From NCBI GenBank assembly GCA_965247095.1, contig OZ251997.1:448001-512000 (forward strand): a stretch of 64,000 nucleotides of DNA, written 5' to 3'. Numbering within the stretch: position 1 is the first letter of the stretch; each line of letters starts with the position of its first letter. The notes beneath the pieces were generated by a model, which worked only from the letters and a program-made list of their open reading frames with translations, searched no databases and was not told the DNA's origin. Source of the DNA: Candidatus Multivorans sp. GTDB lineage: Bacteria; Acidobacteriota; Thermoanaerobaculia; Multivoradales; Multivoraceae. Positions 61,748-64,000 of the stretch are shown here, in pieces. The translations under genes were made by a program, and so were the position numbers.

Positions 61748-62599
61748 ATGGAAGTGCAACGCGTTGGCATCGTCGGCTGCGGTCTCATGGGCCGGGGCAT
61801 TGCAGAGATCTGTTCGCGGGCCGGCATCCCGGTCACGGTCAGGGAGATCAACCAGGAAGTGCTCGATGCCGGGCTCGGCGCGGTGCGCGCGTCCCTGGCC
61901 AAGAGTCTGGAGAAGCGGCGTATCGACGCCGAGGAGCACGACCGGGCGATCTCGAACCTGAGCGGCACGGTCGACCTTGCGGATCTCGCCGGTTGCGATC
62001 TGGTCGTCGAGGCGATCGTCGAGGACCTGGAGACGAAGCGCGAGCTGTTCGTCGCCCTGGACGACATGGTCGGTGACGACACGATCTTCGCGAGCAACAC
62101 GTCTTCGCTGACCCTGACGCAACTCGCCGCTTCGACATCGAGGCCGGACCTGTTCGTGGGGCTCCACTTCTTCAACCCGGTGCCGGCGATGCGGCTGGTT
62201 GAGGTCGTTCGCACCCTGATGACGTCGGACGAGGCGTACGACGCCTGCTGGCGTCTCGCCGAGAGGATCGGAAAGACGCCGGTTGGGTGCAAGGACAACT
62301 CCGGTTTCATCGTCAACCGGCTGCTGGTTCCTTACCTGCTCGATGCAATCCGCGCCTATGAGAACGGCATCGGCTCTCTTTCGGACATCGACACCGCGAT
62401 GAAGCTCGGCTGCGGCTATCCGATGGGGCCGTTCACCCTGTGCGATTTCATCGGCCTGGACACGATGTACTACGTCGCCAACATCATGTTCGACGAGTAC
62501 CGGGAGACCCGCTTCGCCCCGCCGACACTGCTCAAGCAGATGGTCCAGGCCGGGCGCCTGGGACGCAAGACCGGCAAGGGGTTCTTTGACTACCGCTGA
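61748..62599 (+). CDS. hbd: 3-hydroxybutyryl-CoA dehydrogenase
   Basis: Motifs: GCGLMGRGIA, EAIVE, ASNTSS, GLHFFNP, GFIVNRLL, YPMGP, GRLGRKTGKGFF. Confidence 0.92.
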   Translation: MEVQRVGIVGCGLMGRGIAEICSRAGIPVTVREINQEVLDAGLGAVRASLAKSLEKRRIDAEEHDRAISNLSGTVDLADLAGCDLVVEAIVEDLETKRELFVALDDMVGDDTIFASNTSSLTLTQLAASTSRPDLFVGLHFFNPVPAMRLVEVVRTLMTSDEAYDACWRLAERIGKTPVGCKDNSGFIVNRLLVPYLLDAIRAYENGIGSLSDIDTAMKLGCGYPMGPFTLCDFIGLDTMYYVANIMFDEYRETRFAPPTLLKQMVQAGRLGRKTGKGFFDYR

Positions 62600-63590
62600 A
62601 CCGGCGCAGGCCAGAGCGCAGTTGATCCTGCCCGAGGGGTCGGTGCAGGCGATCTGCGGCGCCAACGACGAGAATCTGCGACGGGTCGAGAAGGCGCTTC
62701 AGGTGACCCTCGGCGTGCGCGGATCGGCGGTTCAGATCCAGGGTACGGCGAAGGCGGTGGGCCAGGCGGAGCGCCTGCTCACCGATCTCGGCGCGCTGGC
62801 CGCGAGTGGCCGCCGTCTGAGCGGCGGCGATCTGGCGACCGCGCTGCGAGTGGTGGCCGAGGAGCCGGCGGCCTCGCTGGTCGACTTCTTCAAGACCGGG
62901 GCGTTGATCCAGGCCTCGCATCGCCTCGTCGCTCCTCGGAGCCTGAACCAGAAGCGCTACCTGCGCGCTATGCTGGACCACGATCTGGTCATCTCGACCG
63001 GGCCGGCGGGCACGGGCAAGACCTACCTGGCGGTGGCGGTGGCGGCTTCCGCGCTCAAGCAGGAAAAGGTCCGGCGCATTGTGCTGGCCCGGCCGGCGGT
63101 CGAAGCGGGCGAGAAGCTCGGGTTTCTGCCCGGCGACCTGGCGGAGAAGGTGAATCCCTACCTGCGGCCGCTCTACGATGCTCTCTACGACATTATCGGC
63201 TTCGACAAGGTGTCGCGGATGATGGAACGCGAGGTGATCGAGGTGGCGCCGCTCGCCTTCATGAGGGGTCGCTCGCTCAACGACAGCTTCATCATCCTCG
63301 ACGAGGCGCAGAACACGACGCCGGAGCAGATGAAGATGTTCCTGACCCGCATCGGCTTCAACTCGAAGGCGGTGGTCAACGGCGACATCACGCAGGTCGA
63401 CCTCCCGCCCGGCCAGCAGTCGGGGCTGAAGCATGCACTCGAGGTGCTTCGCGGCGAGGAGGGCATTGAATTCGTGCGCTTCGGGCGGTCCGACGTGGTC
63501 CGCCACGAACTCGTACAGCGGGTCGTCGGCGCCTATGACCGCTGGGAGGCTCGTTTCGGTCCCGACTCGGGGCGGCAGGAGGCTCGGTGA
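62586..63590 (+). CDS. phoH: PhoH-family ATPase
   Basis: KH-like N-terminus, GPAGTGKTYLA, RPAVEAGEKLGFLPGD, APLAFMRGR, LDEAQN, DVVRH. Confidence 0.95.
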   Translation: MTTAEPAQARAQLILPEGSVQAICGANDENLRRVEKALQVTLGVRGSAVQIQGTAKAVGQAERLLTDLGALAASGRRLSGGDLATALRVVAEEPAASLVDFFKTGALIQASHRLVAPRSLNQKRYLRAMLDHDLVISTGPAGTGKTYLAVAVAASALKQEKVRRIVLARPAVEAGEKLGFLPGDLAEKVNPYLRPLYDALYDIIGFDKVSRMMEREVIEVAPLAFMRGRSLNDSFIILDEAQNTTPEQMKMFLTRIGFNSKAVVNGDITQVDLPPGQQSGLKHALEVLRGEEGIEFVRFGRSDVVRHELVQRVVGAYDRWEARFGPDSGRQEAR

Positions 63591-64000
63591 GCCCGTCGGC
63601 GAAGACGCCGCGGCGACGCCGGACCGGGCGTCGGCGGGAGGCTCGCAAGCGGCTGCGGCGCAGCATGTTCCGGCGCCACGGCGAACGGCTGACCGTCGCC
63701 GGCCTGTGGCACTGGTTGCTGGAGCTCGATGTCGTCTGGGTCGTGTTCATGGTCGTGGCAGGCACCTGGATCATGGCCCCGGCCGGCGTCTTCTTCGGTC
63801 CGGATCTGAGCGAAGGCGACATCGCGAACCGCGACCATCACGCGACGCGCGATGTCCTGATCCTGGATGAGGCGACCTCGGAGGAGCTGAAGCAGCGGGC
63901 CCGTTCGGCGCTCCGGCCGCTGTACGACTTCGACGCCGCCTTGGCTGAGGAGGTCGAGGGCCGGATCGGGCGGCTGTTCGAGATCGAGCGGGGGTTCGAC
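63587..64000 (+). CDS. 7TM-HD (HDIG) phosphohydrolase, PgpH-like, 3' truncated by window edge
   Basis: My translation from GTG 63587 gives a TM helix then GDIANRDHHATRDVLILDEATSEELKQRARSALRPLYDFD, like the 7TMR-HD extracellular domain. This is the usual position after phoH. Confidence 0.75.
   Translation, partial: MSPSAKTPRRRRTGRRREARKRLRRSMFRRHGERLTVAGLWHWLLELDVVWVVFMVVAGTWIMAPAGVFFGPDLSEGDIANRDHHATRDVLILDEATSEELKQRARSALRPLYDFDAALAEEVEGRIGRLFEIERGFD

Overview
High-GC bacterial chromosome segment, most likely Acidobacteriota of the Thermoanaerobaculia type. This is an inference from the Acidobacteria-type ClpC N-terminus, the acidobacterial VWA protein, and a PKD protein ending in the 'SGLFWFF...WEVLLKVLDGC..NG' module. 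Most of the window is core genes in tightly coupled operons: addB/addA-like; hisS-aspS-aroB-ftsY-ribD-ribE; lysS-punA; hpt-lolCE-lolD-clpC-bamA-skp; lpxD-fabZ-lpxA-gfo-mtnP-surE-pcm-apt; tRNA-Arg; tatA; pdp; cinA-plsY-gpsA-guaA; lgt-thiD; nnr-tsaE-hbd-phoH-HD hydrolase. Accessory DNA lies at about 5.6-9.1 kb, 16.3-25.9 kb, 44.3-45.3 kb and 47.8-48.8 kb. Main oddities: (1) a three-layer nest in which an intact IS30 sits in the IS3 transposase HSDQGSQ|Y motif and that IS3 truncates a DUF222/HNH gene; (2) a multi-stem structured ~180-nt element carried inside the IS30; (3) a REP/BIME-like repeat inserted in frame into riboflavin synthase, with an inverted sister copy just downstream; (4) four in-frame perfect palindromes in the HNH gene; (5) a cysteine-less radical-SAM-like protein fused to a PolX-type helical domain; (6) internally collapsed McrBC and AAA/DUF4143 genes; (7) a decayed tandem tRNA copy; (8) many apparently leaderless genes. 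No CRISPR array or rRNA was seen. All family calls come from motif recognition by eye, not database searches.
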